From Stegostoma tigrinum (Eukaryota): a stretch of 64,000 nucleotides of DNA. A model generated the notes under the pieces. That model saw nothing but the letters and a program-made list of their open reading frames with translations, was not told the DNA's origin and searched no databases. Below are positions 49,701 through 63,594 of this stretch, piece by piece. Both the position numbers and the translations under genes were made by a program. Positions within the stretch are counted from its first letter, which is position 1. Each line of letters begins with the position of its first letter. Location of the stretch: positions 36,934,792-36,998,791 of the forward strand of contig NC_081367.1 in the NCBI RefSeq assembly GCF_030684315.1, given 5' to 3'.

Positions 49701-52700
49701 TAAAACTTAAATAGCAATACTGCTGAGTGAATTTACGATATATTTAAAGTTCTATTTTTGTAAGCACTAAATGTTAATTTACACAATTCATATTTACAGC
49801 ACCAACTTATCAGAGTGCTTCTCACACAATGGAATGTCCCAAGATGCTTAATGAGCATTATAAGTCATGTGAGATATTGAGACAGATTTTCCAGGCATTG
49901 GCGATCTTGCACCTTCTGTTTTAGGAAAGAAGGGAGATCTGTATTTATGATATGAGATTCTGGGTTTGGCAGGGGTAGGGCGTTGGTGGTGTGGGGTTGG
50001 GCAGGTCATGGTATGGGTTGAGGTGTCAGATCCCTGGGTGCCTGATCCTGCAGAGTGGTGAGTGGGTGGATGTCCAGTCTCTGTTGGTATTCATCTAGAG
50101 TTGGATGATGTATTTAATACTTAAACTTTCCCGAAGTAACTATTCATTAGAACCATCGAAAGTCTCCAAGTTTTAAGGCATAGAAGATTTGTTCAAAGGA
50201 AAATGCAATTTTCTGGGCAATTCCTTAGGAGTTTGCTAAGTTGGAGATTCTTCAAAGTTCCCTGTATAGCTCATGTCAGTGCTGGAATAATGACTGTCTG
50301 GCCAGCAGAAATGCTACTCCAGTGGGTCTGTTGACCAGAAATTTTAATGGAGGAAAGAAAGGTAGGGTGGTGTTGAGGAGTACTCCAGAGTGTGGGGCTG
50401 AGGCCCTTGAAGGATTGGCCACTAATAGTAGAGTAATTAAAATTGGACATGTGCATCTCAGGATCAGATGTGATGCCAAGGTAATGAACAAACTGGCTTA
50501 ACATTGACTTGCTGCCAAAGAGAAATGTAGCCAGCAGTAGAGGAATTGAGTTTGAAGTGAACCCTGATTAACGATGACTTAAGCCTTCCCAATATTTAAT
50601 TTGAACAAATTTCTGCTTATCCAGTATTGAATGTCAGATGAGCACTCTGATGATTTATCAACAATGGAGTCATCCAGAAATGCTGTGGTGTTGTAGCTCC
50701 TAAGTTAGAGAAATAGAGATATTTCAGAGGGTTGAAGAGCTGGGTAGAATCACAGATATAGAGAAGCGTGAATTCATACAGGAATTCGAAAGTAACTTGA
50801 ATTTTAAAATCCAGATGTGCCATTTTTGGGAGCCAACGTTGTGAGCACAGGAATGATAGTGGAACAGGACTTGCTGCAAGTTAGCATGGCACGCAGCCAA
50901 GTTTTGGATGATTTAAAGCTATGGAATATAGGAAACAAACTAGGATGTACTTGAATGTTTGAGCATAGAAAAAGTGATGGCAGGAATTTGAGGTTTAGGC
51001 AGCAGAAGACCTGAGTCCTACATAGGGTGTAATGTAGTGGTCTTCTTGGTGGGGCATTAAAATGGGGTTGGAAGTTCATCTCAGGATCAGATACGATACC
51101 ACAGCTATGAACAAACTGGCTTAAAATCAACTTGCTGCCATGAGAGAAATGTTGTCAGTGGTTGAGGAATTGAGTTTGAAGCAGACCCCGATAATGATGA
51201 CTTAAGCCTTCCCAATATTTAATTTGAACAAATTTCTGCTTATCCAATATTGAATGTCAGATGTCTGATAATTTATCAACAATGGAGTCATCCAGAAATG
51301 ATGTTGTAGCTAATATACAATTATTTTCTGTTACCTGCAAATGTTGTGTTGGTTTGTTTTATTCTAGTTGCAGTCCGTCATGGTAGTCACGGAAAACAGA
51401 TGTTTGTTATCAAATCCAGTCAATATTATGATACTCGCTTTCTGCGTCTCTTGGTATGTACCAAAGTTGCATCTGAATTCAGGCCAATTGGTCTACAAGC
51501 ATGGAAAAGATAATTCTGCCTGAGGTTGAATGTGTAAAGTATATAATTCAAATATAAAGCCATTTTTTAGCAATCAGCATTGATAAATAATAACATCTCA
51601 ATTCCAATTATCTATTCGATTGGAATGTGTGAATGTACTGAAGGTCCAATTATCTTTGTACAAAGAGGGACAAATGTGTTGAACATATTTGTTGTCTTTG
51701 ATGTAAAGCTTTAGAAATATTTAATGAAAAGGCATTAATGACTTTTCTACCTTTAAGAAGTAGAGTATATACTTTATTTTTAGTGCTATATAATCTAAAA
51801 CCAAATATATATCATTATTCATTTTGTTGTTTACTTACCAAGTCTGCGTGACACTGACGACTGCCCATTATCTGCCAATGCCTTAAACAGAGTTATAATT
51901 TGATACTGCTAGTCATTTACAGCCCATCAAGTGGGCATCTGAGAGGCAGGTGCAATATTTAGACTTGATTTTCTTCATTTGGAAGAACACTGTCACAAGG
52001 CTGTGTGGAATGAAAGTAAGCCTTCATTTTAAAAGCACAGCATGATAGGAGTGAGTATTTTCTCTTTTTACTAAGTCTGCAAAAATCGCTGTCCCTTGAT
52101 CTGACTTTCAACTCAACATCATTTGCATAGTAACTATCTCCAAATCAACTGCTGTGTAAATCAAACACCTCATGGAATTTGGTAGCCTACTCACCCCCAG
52201 TTTCTACTTAAAGGAATGGAATTGAGACAAATATGATGGCTTGTTGCATCAATTCCAATTCCTGAAATCACCTCTTGAATTCCTCTGCCAACATTTTTAG
52301 GTATGCACAAACATTTATGGATCGAACCAATTATCTTTATCTCTGATTTTTATTTTCGCTAGTATTTTAAAGATTCAAGGTGTTGCAATGTTTTGTTCTT
52401 TAAGTGATAGGACCATAGGCCCAGTTTCTGTTTGAATACATTGACAGCACTTACCTGCTAAATTTCTGTCCTTTTCCTGCAGGTAACAGTTCAGTTTACT
52501 CAGTTTTGACATTTCTGTAAGGAGCCCAAAGTCGAGCAACCACTATTTCATCTGTCAATTCACTGCATTGCTTTGTTCCTTGATTTCAGGCATCAGATCA
52601 AAAAATCTTTTCAGGACCTTCCTCTGACTTAATCATCTCATATTAGCATGGAGCATTAGTTTGCCATGGGGCAGTGCTCAAATTGAGTTTACAATATTAA

Positions 52701-55700
52701 CAACTTCCATTATGTGAGAGAAAACCCTAATTTATTTGTCCAAAGTATGCTGTTCAAGCAAAAACTGCCCTTGAATTTACTATGCATTGTTGTGGTGTCA
52801 TTCCAAATTCCACTCTTCACTTATTGATATGCTTCGGTTGCATTTAAGGCAAATGCTCTTATCTTTTATAGTTGTGAACTAAATTCATTTTTCCATACTG
52901 TGTGGAAGTTGTAAATTTGCAATATCTTTTTAGATGGTTCAACTTCATTCATCATATGTTCCTGGTTAACAAGGATGAGTTTTTTAGCGAGGATAAAAAG
53001 CAACATAACACTAAATACTAACCTACAACTGAGAGCACACCTGGGGTTAGAGATGTGCACAACACATGATAAATAACAGTACAAAAGGCTTTTTTTAAAA
53101 CCAGGTTTTACAATTGGTTAAACATGAACATAAATTCTGCTCCTGCAACCAATGAGTTTTAAATGAAGGTCTGAAAGCTGCTTTCTTCTGCACTTGCTTC
53201 ACCTCGTGGCCTCTGACACCAGGCTGTCACTGGGCAAGCTGCAGGAAGGTCACTAGATCCACACTGCTGGAATATCTGGAATGTTGTCGGCTGCTCCCAA
53301 GTGTGGAGGCACAGAAGTCATTTCTGTGGTCTTGATTTGTATCCAAGATTCTGGGTTGGCTTCTTATGTCACAGACACTAAATGTGAGACATGGCAACAT
53401 TTCCCATAATTTTTCTTTGTCGTGTGCAAATATGAGCTCAGTGCATGGCAATGGCTTCCAAAGGTGGAAGTCATGCAGTAGCATGATGGTTGACATGTAC
53501 ACATCACTTAAAAGGAACGTAGGTGGTGTTTGAAGGACTGAGATTGACTGTCCAACATTATGTGATTGACCAATTGACTGAGTGTTGGATGGCAGTACAG
53601 ACTTCAGCAGTGCAGGACAGAACCCTAAGTCCTAAACTTCATGGAGCCTAACACGTGAGGACTGATCAAGTAAATATTATATTAATAAATGCATGTTAAA
53701 CCATTGCATCTATCTTATTCTACTTGAGTTCTTACTTAGGAGCTTGTTTGTGTTAATAGAAATATTCACAAGTTCAAACCCTCACATCATTGTGTGTATG
53801 CAGCTTTAAACATACAATGACAGTTGCACTGATACATTTTCGATTCTTTCTGCAGACATTCTACACTTTATTAACTGGAATACCAGTGGCTGTTTTCATC
53901 ACTCTTGTGAATATTTTTATCGGTAAGTATATTACAGTGGTAATTATAAATGATGCAAAAAGATTATTTTTAAGTGACTGGTGTAAGTCAATTGACATTG
54001 AAAATAAAATGATCTAAAATTAAAATGATCAAAAATTACTGCATTTTTGTTTAAAACCTATCTAGGTCATTAGTATCCTTTAGAGAAGGATATAGGCTGT
54101 CCTTGTCTATCTGGTGTGATGCTAGACTCAATGCAGTATAACTGCTGGTTAGTTGCCCTCTGAAATAGTCAGAAATCTGATCAGCTGTATCAAATTTCTG
54201 AGAGTGTCTAAAAAGAACAAAACTGGATGAACCACCTGACATTGACCAAGGAATCAGGCACACCCAGCCGAGTCAATCCTGCAAAGTGGTCATTACTGAT
54301 ACCTGGAGACTTTTGTGAGAGCTGTCTAGCAGAGTATCCATCTGGGAACCAAATCAAGGTTCCTTCACTGCTGTTGAATAAAACTCCCTCCTTAACAGTT
54401 CTGTGGGTGTTTCTGAATCTCAGAAGTCGTAATTCAAGGTGTACATCACTAACTTTGAGGAGAATTAGCTGTAGACAATAAATGCTGACTTTGACAGCAA
54501 CGCACACAACACTTAAAACAAAGAAAGAGATGCGTTCTGTAAATCAGAGCTCAGCATTCAGGTGATCAGTTTCCTATTATATTTATTTTGTAGAAGATTG
54601 AATTTGCCTTCAATAAGTCTGGTTAGCACTGCTGCCTCACAGTGCCAGGGCCCTGGGTTCGATTCCACCTTAGGTGACTGTTTGTGTGGAGTTTGCATAT
54701 CCTCCCTGTGTCTACGTGGGTTTCCTCCAGGTGCTCTGGTTTCCTCCCACAGTCTGAAGATATGCAGGCTAGGTGGAATGGCCATGCTAAATTGCCCACA
54801 GTGACCACGGATGAGTAGATTAGGTGGGTTATAGGGGGATGGGTCTGGGTGGGATGCTCTGAGGTTTGGTGTGGACTGGTTGGGCTGAAGGGCCTGTTCC
54901 AAACTGTAGGGATTCAATGATAGTATTCAACTAAAATATAAATATTTTTAACTAGCAATTTAAAACATAATGATTACCAGTTCACCAATATGTTCAGCAA
55001 TGTATAACCAAAGAGATAGGAGGCATTAGTGGTGATCTTTCAGGAATCACGAGTCAGGGAGAGGACTGGAAAATTGCTCAGGTAATTCCTCCTACTTAAG
55101 AAGGGAAGAAAGCAAAAGCTGGGAAATTATGGGCTAATTACCCAACCTCAATCATTAATAAGATTTTGGAGTCCATTGTGAAGGATGAGATTTCTGAACG
55201 CTCGGAAGTGCATGGTAAAATATGGTGAAGTCAGCATGGTTTCATCAAGAGGAGGTCATTCGTGACAAATCTGTTAGAATTCTTTGAGGAGGTAACTAGG
55301 AGGTAACTAGCAGGTTAGACCAAGGAGAGCCAATGGATGGTATCTGCCCGGGTTTCCAGAAGGCCTTTGACAAGTTGCCACACAGGAGGCTACTAAGTAA
55401 GATAAGGGCCCATTGTGTTAGAGGCAAGTATTAGCATGGATGGAAGATTGGCTATCTGGCAGAAATCAGAGACTAGAGTTGAGAGTCTTTTCTGATGAAG
55501 GGTCTAGGCCCGAAACATCACTTTTTGTGCTCCCAAGATGCTGCTAGGCCTGTTATGTTCATCCAGCCCCACACTTTGTTATCTTGGATTCTCCAGCATC
55601 TGCAGTTCCCATTATCTCTGACTAGAGTTAAGAGTCTTTCTCAGGATGGAAGCTGGTGACTAGTGGTGTTCCACAAGGGTTAGTGTTGGGACCATAACTT

Positions 55701-58700
55701 TTTACTTTATACAGGTAGTTCAACTGTAACTCATGTTTCGTTAATGCAAATTGGGTGTAATGTGAGTGACGAATAGTAGATGCTGTTTGGATAATGCAAA
55801 TTTTCTGTTGTACAGATTTCCCTATAACGTGATTTTCTGTGGCAGTTTTCTATAGTGCGAGGTCATGCAAGAACGCAACTATTGTGTCATAGGAGAACTA
55901 TCTGTACATTAATGATCTAGGTGAAGGAACTGAGGGCATTCTGGTTAAGTTTGCCGATGAAACAAAGATAGGTAGAGGGACAGGTAATCTTGAGGAGGCA
56001 GGGAGACTGGCAAAGAATGGCAGATGGAATACAATGTGGGAACGTATGAGGTTGTGCTCTTTGGTAGGAGTAATAGAGGCATGGACTATTTTCTAAATGG
56101 GGAGAAACATTAAGAAATCTGAAGTGAAAAGGGTCGTGGGAGTCCTAGTCCAGGTTTCTGTTAAGATAAGGTTGAGTCGGTAGTTAAGAAGGCCAACACA
56201 ATGTCAGCATTTGTTTTGAGAGGACCATAATATAAAAGCAGGGATATACTTCTGATGCTTGATAAAGCTCTGGTCTACATTTAGAGTATTGTGTACAGTT
56301 TTGAACCCGATATCTCAAGAAGGATGTATTGGCCCTGAACGGGTCCAGAGGACGTTCACAAGAATGATCCCAGGAATGAAAAGCTTAACATATGAGGAAC
56401 GTTTGAGGACTCTGGGTGTATACTTGATGGAATTTAGAAGGATTGGGTGGGGGAATCTAATTAAAAAGTGCACAATACTGATCAGCTTGACAGAGTGGAT
56501 GTTGGGAAGATGTTTTCATTAGTAGGAGAGACTAGGACTCACGGGCACAGCCTTAGAGTTAAGGGAGGACCCTTAAGAATGGAAATAAGGAGAAACTTCT
56601 TCAGCCAGAGAGTGATGAGTCTATGGAATTCATTGCCACAGAAGGCTGTGGAAGCCAGGTCATTAGTATATTTAAGATGGAGATACAGGTTCATGATTGT
56701 TAAGGGGAGAGGGTGGGAGAATGGGTTTGAGAAACATATCAGCCATTCTTGAATGGCAGAACAGACCTGATGGGCCTAATTTCTGCTCCTCTGTCTTGTG
56801 GAGATAGATAAACAGGAAGTTGGAAGAACATAGCAGGCCAGGCAGCATCTGGAGGAAAGGAGCAGTTAACGTTTCATACATTACCCTTCTCCAGGACTGC
56901 CTGAAATGTTGACTGCACCTTGGATTCCAGCATCTATGTTTTTATTTGTCTCTTATGTAGTTAGATATTCACATTTTCGTTCCCTATTGTGGCAATCTTA
57001 ATTTTCAAATATTATGACTCTTGGAAGAGAATAAACAGCTTTTCTAAAGATGTATCTCTGTTGTTGCATTTCTCAGGTGAGGCTGAGCTTGCAGAGATTC
57101 CTGAAGGTTATGTCCCAGAGCACTGGGAATACTACAAGGTACAGTAAGCTTCTTAGTAATCATTATTAAACTAATGCACTGGGTGTCAACAATGAATTGC
57201 AATATTTCCTCAGCACCATTTAGATACACATTAATTAATTGATAGTTTCAACTGGGATTCCAATTGAAGACATACTCTTTGTTAACTTGTGTATTGAGAA
57301 CTAGCGACTGCTTGCATCTGAAGTGAAATACCATGTGGGGAGATTAAGTAACATGGTGGGGGAAATATTTAAACTGGTATGGCTTGGAGATAGGAATCTG
57401 CACTTGCAGCTATAGAAGAAGAACCAAATTAATGAGCTTTCGATGTAGAAATAAATCGTCTTAACTGAAATAAATAGATGAAAAGTTTTATTGGAGAAGA
57501 AAGGCAAATAAAGTCTTTGAGCTACTGAGAGCTGAAAACACTGCATGGACAGGCTAAGAAATACCAGGAAGTTAAAGGGAAGAAATAGATAAAGATCAAT
57601 TTTCATAATAAGTATGCCATTCAGGCATGACTATTTGTGATTTGAAAACAAAATTGGGAATTGCACGGAATCACAGAAGTATTATGATGCAAAACGAGGC
57701 CACTTCAGTTGATTATGCCTGCACCAGCTCATTAAATGACATCTGTACCTAGTACCAACCTCCTGCTTTTTCTTCATACTCTTTCACATTATATTTATCC
57801 AAGTGATCATTCAGTGTTCTCTTGAATGTCTCAATTGAACCTGAACTCCTCCACACCCTAACTTTGTGTGTATCCTTACTTCATCTGTATTTCTTTGGCT
57901 GATCATTTGAAATTAATACCCTCTTGTTCTTGTTCCTTTGTATAAGCAGGATCATTTTTTCACTACCTGTTCTATTCAGCTCACTCATGATTTTGAAAAC
58001 TTCTACCAGATCTCCTCTTAGTCTTCTTCGCTTCAGAACCATCCCAACTTCTTCCATCAATCCTTCTAACAGAAGTTTCTCACCCCTCAAGCCATTCTTG
58101 TAGACCTCTTCTGTACTGTTTCCAATGCAATCACATCCTTCCTGTAATGTGGCACCCATAAATGTGGCATAGAGATATGTAACTGCTTCCACAATCAACT
58201 ATAAACCACAACAACTACTGAAAGTGCAGCCTGTTTTTCTTACCAAAATGCATCATGTCACATTGAAACTCATATGGCACCAATGTGCTCACTCCACTAA
58301 CTTGTCTGTCTCTTTCTGGAGTTATACACAATCTTCCTCACAGTTTATGATTCTTCCAAGTTTTTTATCATCTGCAGACTTTCATATTGCCCTCTGCATG
58401 CCAAGATCACAGGTGGCACTGTGACTCAGTGGTTAGCACTGCTTCATCACAGCATCAGGGGCCCAGGTTCGATTCTAGTCTCAGATGACTCTTTTGTGGA
58501 TTTCACACGTTCTCCCTGTGTCTGCATGAGTTTTCGCCGGGTGCTCCAGTTTACTCCACAGTCCAAAGATGTACGAGTTAGGTGGATTGGCTGTGCTAAA
58601 TTGCCCTGTAGAGTCCATGGATTGTAGATTAGGTAGATCAGCCATGGTTATAGGAGTATGATGGGGGTTTAGATCTGGGTGAAATGTTCAGAGGGTTGAT

Positions 58701-60244
58701 GCCGACTCGATGGGATGAATTTTTCACACTGTAGGGATTTCATCATCTAGGTCTCCAATACTGACCCCTGGGGAACATTACAAACCTTCCTCTAGCCTGA
58801 AAAATATCCATTGACTGTTACTCTGTTTCCTATCACTCAGCAAATTTGGAAGTAATAACTGTGGAGAATTTCATGGGTGAATTGGGGATGTTTTTATTAA
58901 AGCCCCCTGTGGTATTTTTCTGGTAACATCCTTATTTCTGTTTAAAAAGTTGAAAATTCAAACCCTACCATAACTGGAGTGCATATTCTGTATGCTTCAG
59001 TGTTGAAAAAATACTACAATGTATGAGATGCCATCTTTTAGATGAATCATTAAAGAGTCTGTCACCTTAGATGTAAGTGCTGAAGTCTCTGGAGCGGGTC
59101 TTGAATCTTAAGAGGTGACAGTGGTACTACTGAGCTGGCATTAAACCTGACTAAGGCTTGTCTGTTGGAAATGATTAAGCAAAAGTATAAATGCCGGCTA
59201 GAGGAAAAATAATAAAATAAATGATTTCTTTCTTCATGCTTGGTAAATTCTGCAGAAGATGCGAGCTAAATGTGTTAGGCACCTTTTTGTTAGTAATCTC
59301 ATGCCTAGTTACACTGTTTTCTATTTACAGCATCCCATAACAAGATGGATTTCAAAATATCTTTACGACCCACCTGAGAAGGGTTATGAGAAAATGATGG
59401 CCCTTATTTCTGTTGAAGCAGAGAAAGCAGACCTGAGGTAACCAACTGCAAATCTATACATACTTATAATAAAGCAACCCAAACAATGCTCTTAAAAGCT
59501 GTACTTTTCTAAATATATACTAAAATGAAAATTTCATGTGTTTAAAAAAAGACAGGTGGTATCAATTTGCCAAGCATCCACCTTCATGTATCACAGGCCT
59601 TTTTAAAGATGAGACAAATGTAACCTTAAAAAAAGATAACTGATCCTGCTAGTTTGTAGAATTTCAAAAAAACTGATACAGCTGAGGTCTCTCATTTACA
59701 TCCTCTATTCTTGTCAACTGTGATTTATTTGACATAGCCCATTGTCTTTCAATTTGCATCTTTTATATTAGGTTAGGAGAAGAAGAAATGTGAGCAAAAA
59801 AAAACAGTTATGAAGAGGCAGATTTATGAAATCAGGCTCATCAGATTATTTTAAACTCTTGGATGATCCAATAAAGGCAGTTAGTGGAAGTTATCACAAA
59901 ATAGACTTCCACATAAGTTGCTGGCTGAGTGAAATTAATGTTGCAGAGGCCTCAAAGAAAATATTCTACTCAGAGTCTTGGTGAAAACATGATTCTGAAG
60001 ATTGGGGATTACACATTTTTGGTACACTGGGAATGGATTACTCCTTGTAGATATACTTTATAGTTCCCAGATTTGCTTAAACTGTTTGTATTATTAATTT
60101 CAGTTTTGCTTTCTTAATTATAGGCTGAAACAACTTGAGGTTCGTCGTCTTATGAGGGAGCGAGGTGATGGTGCTTGGTATCAATATGAAACTTTGGACA
60201 AAAATTTGATTGATAATTCTCAGAAGTCAGACCCAGATTATTAG
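46567..60244 (+). CDS. NDUFB5: NADH:ubiquinone oxidoreductase subunit B5 (SGDH), 6 coding exons, 186 aa
   Basis: Exons 46567-46684, 51368-51453, 53856-53922, 57077-57138, 59331-59437, 60124-60244 = 561 nt, GT-AG, in phase. Presequence [17 protein letters not shown], then [16 protein letters not shown] segment [65 protein letters not shown]. Confidence 0.96.
46890..46975 (-). mobile_element. Short PLE-end derivative with 15-bp TSD
   Basis: CTTGAT[C/T]AGAGTTTG at 46875-46889 and 46976-46990. Confidence 0.85.
48465..48790 (+). mobile_element. tRNA-derived SINE (HE1/V-SINE-like)
   Basis: GGTGGCTCAGTAGTTAGCAC A-box, GGTTTGATTCC B-box, conserved core. Confidence 0.8.
49131..49230 (+). mobile_element. 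Short PLE-end derivative (second subfamily)
   Basis: CAGAGGA-AGGGTCACTGGACCC-GAAACATT; TACACATTA..GCAGTTC duplicated at 49117 and 49231. Confidence 0.75.
50454..51311. repeat. Local direct repeat of ~240 bp (50454-50698 and 51077-51311) in decayed LINE-like sequence
   Basis: Both copies begin CATCTCAGGATCAGAT and share an identical GATGACTTAAGCCTTCCCAATATTTAATTTGAACAAATTTCTGCTTATCCA block. Confidence 0.85.
54620..54915 (+). mobile_element. tRNA-derived SINE (HE1/V-SINE-like)
   Basis: GGTTAGCACTGCTGCCTCACAG..GGGTTCGATTCC..GTGTGGAGTTTGCA core. Confidence 0.85.
55491..55619 (+). mobile_element. Short PLE-end derivative with near-intact hammerhead motif and 20-bp TSD
   Basis: CTGATGA-AGGGTCTAGGCCC-GAAACATC at 55492-55519; GACTAGAGTT[G/A]AGAGTCTTT at 55471-55490 and 55620-55639. 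Confidence 0.88.
55712..55904. mobile_element. 193-bp Tc1/mariner-type MITE
   Basis: TIR CAGGTAGTTC / GAACTATCTG, TA on both sides; excision restores CR1 codons FTLYIND. Confidence 0.85.
57670..58830 (-). mobile_element. Decayed CR1-type LINE fragment containing a SINE
   Basis: [15 protein letters not shown] motif; CCCTGGGGAACA (VPQG) near 58770. Confidence 0.65.
58412..58740 (+). mobile_element. tRNA-derived SINE (HE1/V-SINE-like)
   Basis: GGTGGCACTGTGACTCAGTGGTTAGCACTGC..GGTTCGATTC and conserved core. Confidence 0.8.
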
Positions 60245-60306
60245 GAAGACAAAGATTGCTTGGGTGTGCTAATTATTAATACGTAGGAAGTGAAAACACG
60301 TTGTTT

Positions 60307-60312
60307 AATAAA
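60307..60312 (+). terminator. Probable NDUFB5 polyadenylation signal
   Basis: AATAAA 62 nt after the stop codon, followed by T-rich sequence. Confidence 0.75.
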
Positions 60313-61781
60313 CTATATCATGTCAATGTTCTTTTGGCCAAGTTTCTTATTTTAGTTGAAATATTCCTTTTTTAATCAAACTTATCAACTTTTTAAAGTT
60401 GCACATTTCAGAGACCATTTAGTCATTGATATTCCCTCCTGCAGTTGTTGATGTAGTGAGTTTCTTGTTTTAGTCAGGTCATGAGTGACATATTTAATGA
60501 TGAAGTGTTTCTCTGCAATGACAGGATAATGGAAAATGCTTTCTAAGATCTGCTTTTTTCCCCACTTACTCTCAGTGATTATTTTAAGCATTTCCTGTCA
60601 TCTTTATAGGGCATAAGTGAGGGTGCTGTGAGCATTTCTGGAATCCACATTATAAAGATAATTGGTTCTGAAGATGATACAAAAAAAAATTACTGAAGTT
60701 GTACCAAAACTGGGAAGTTAATCTAATAGGAAATATTTAGCACGCTGGGCTGTTTTGAAAAGAGAAATCCAGGGATGACTTGACAGAGGTCAACGTCATG
60801 AAAAGGTTTCATAGGATAGATGTAGTGAAGATGTTTCCACTTATGGACAAAATGAGAGTTTGGAATCAAATATTAAATAGCCACTAAAACACATAATAAT
60901 GAATTCAGGGAGTGAATAAATATGGAAGTTGCTCTCACATGGAGGAATTCAAGCCATTTGTAAAGGTGTATTTAAGGTGAGGCTAGATAATCACACAAGG
61001 ATAATAGGTGAAGAAGGATGCAAAGAGGCTTGTATGTAGTATGAACCTACTGGAACAAATGGAAAATTTCTATGCTGTAAGTTTTAAGGCAGCTGTATAA
61101 ACACCTGGAATAAAGAATAGACTTTAATAAAAATTATCATGAAATTGTTGGGTAGTTGTAAAATCTCCAAGGATTGTACTGATGTAATTTTAATAGGGAA
61201 ATTTCTACATCTTTGTTTAGTATCTGTGACTCCACTTCCATGCTGAGTTTCATCAGCATTTTTCTGTTTTCATTTTGGATTTCCAGTATTGGCAGTTTTT
61301 TTTTGCTTTTATTTAAATGTTGGTCTTGCTACTTAAATCCACAAAAAGATTTTTCTTTTAAATTGAGGAGGAACCTAAAGATATGGAAGAAAATTTATAA
61401 AATGAGTTATGAAAAGTTGTGTGCTTAGTGCTGGTATGTGCTGAATTCCTGAGTTATTATGGTAGTTGTATTGCACCTGGGGTCAATCAGTACGTGACAG
61501 ATTTTGGAGAAGAAATTTACCTGGGTTTGCAATCATGATCGTCATTCACTCAGCCCTATTTTCTGCGGACATGATCAAACTCGGCAATGTCAAATTTCAC
61601 TAACTTATTTAATGTCTCCTTATACTGTATAGTCCCCTTTCTCATTTTGTTTTCTTTTACCTTACACACCCTCATTTCACTTCCTTAAAACCTATTATAA
61701 TTTTAACATTTCCAAATTCTGATGATCTGAAAAGCTAGGCCTGTGTGTCTCCAAACAGATGCTGCCAGATCTGCTGAGTAC

Positions 61782-62650
61782 ATGGAACATAGAACTGTAC
61801 GGCACAGGAATGGACTAAGCAGCTCAAGATGATGTGTTGAACATGACACAAATTAAACTAATCCCTTCTGCCTGCCCTTGGTCCATATCCCTCCATTCCT
61901 TATATATTCATGTATTTATCTAAATGTCCCTTAAACACCCCAATCTTATTTACCTCCACCACCACCAGCCCTGGTAATGCGTTCCAGACTCCTACCATTC
62001 TGTTTTTTTAAAATAAAAACTTGCCCTTCACATTTCCTTTGAACATTACTCCTCTCATCTTAAATGCATGCCTCCTAGTTTCAGACGTTTCATCTCTGGG
62101 GGAAGAAGATTCTGACCTTTAACTCTACCAATGCATCTCTTAATTTTATAGACTTCTATCAAGTCTCCTGTCAGCTTCTTCCCCTCTAGAGAAAACAACC
62201 CGAGTTTTTCAAGCCTCTCCTTGTAACTCATGCCCTCCAATCTGGGTGGCATCCTGGCAAACTCTTCTGCACCCTCTCTAAAGCCTCCACATCCTTCCTG
62301 TAATGTGGTGACCAGAATTGAACACAATACTCTTAGGTGTGGTCTAACCAAAGTTTCATTAAGCTGCAACATGACATCCTGACTCTTGTGTAGAGCTAAA
62401 TGAACACAGCAGGCCAAGCAGCATCTGAGGAGCTGGAAAGCTGACGTTTTGCGTTGAGACGTCAGCTTTCCTGCTCCTCTGCTGCTTGGCGTGCTGTGTT
62501 CATCCAGCTCTACACCATGTTATCTCAGATTCTCCAGCATCAGCAGTTCTGACTATCCTGACTCTTGTGCTCACTTCCCTGACCAATAAAGGCAAGTATG
62601 CTGTATGCCTTCTTTTCTACCCTGTGTGCTTGATTGGCCACTTTCATGGA
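61782..62650 (-). mobile_element. CR1-type LINE 3' fragment with nested fold-back element
   Basis: LVRPHL..SYKERLEKLGLFSLE..GDLIEVYKI. Confidence 0.8.
62391..62554. mobile_element. Short fold-back PLE-end derivative with perfect 15-bp TSD
   Basis: ATCCTGACTCTTGTG at 62376-62390 and 62555-62569; inverted arms meet at AAAGCTGACGT..ACGTCAGCTTT. Confidence 0.88.
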
Positions 62651-63594
62651 TGTTTGACCACAAGCCACTTGATCTGTATTGAAAAAGTGCAATGAGAAAA
62701 CACACCCTGCTCCAGCCACACTGCCTATTCAGTAAATAAATGTGTTGTAAGTGCAAAGTCTTTTTAAACTGAGTAATATGTCAGCCTTGGCAGCTAATGC
62801 AGGAATCAAACATTAGATCAGCATATGAAAACAAGGAACAAAGGCAAGAAATGGTTGATTTTTAAAAAAAAACTACACTATAGTAAGTTTTCACTTGAAG
62901 TTGTATCCCTCAAAATAGTGACTTCAAGTGAAAGCTCTGAATGCTGAAGATGGCCTAAATGAAAGTCGGAACCAGACATCTTTGGAAAATGATAGAAGGT
63001 GGCAATCGTCTCAAAATATGGTGCTGCTGGGAGTAGCAGCTCCTGCTCCCAGATGCAATCTTCTCTGCAACAGGACAACTAGCACTTCCAGCATTTTCTG
63101 TTATTTGAATTCCAGAATTCATAGCGTTTTACTTTTGAATGTCAAACTAAATTTGAGTCTATTGCTAGTAGTGGAATTTTACTAACTTGTTTCAATTTAC
63201 TAATTGATTAGGATTAAATATGAAAAAATCAATTTTTCAAACAATGGAATAATTGCATAAATCTCTTATCTCCAATTTCTAAAGTCTTAAAATTATTTTT
63301 ACTTGGATATTATCAAAGCTGTATTTTTACTTGATCAATTTTTGTTGTTTGACTTCCAATATCCATTAAATTTCCAATTAAATTGGAATTAATTTTTATG
63401 TGCCTTTGGACATTTGTTTCAAAAGATTCAATATAATGGGGACCAGAATGTCCATCAGTGTGAACATTTGGTACTTTTCCAGTAGACAACTATGTTTTAC
63501 TGCCCCCTGCTGTAATAGTCACTTCATTACAAATACATTACAAATATTTTTATTCCTTGACAAATTTCCAACTGGCCAGAAATATAAATATAAT

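Larger units (their letters stand above)
55005..56790 (+). mobile_element. CR1-type LINE RT region and 3' end with two nested insertions
   Basis: [62 protein letters not shown], with many disruptions. Confidence 0.88.
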
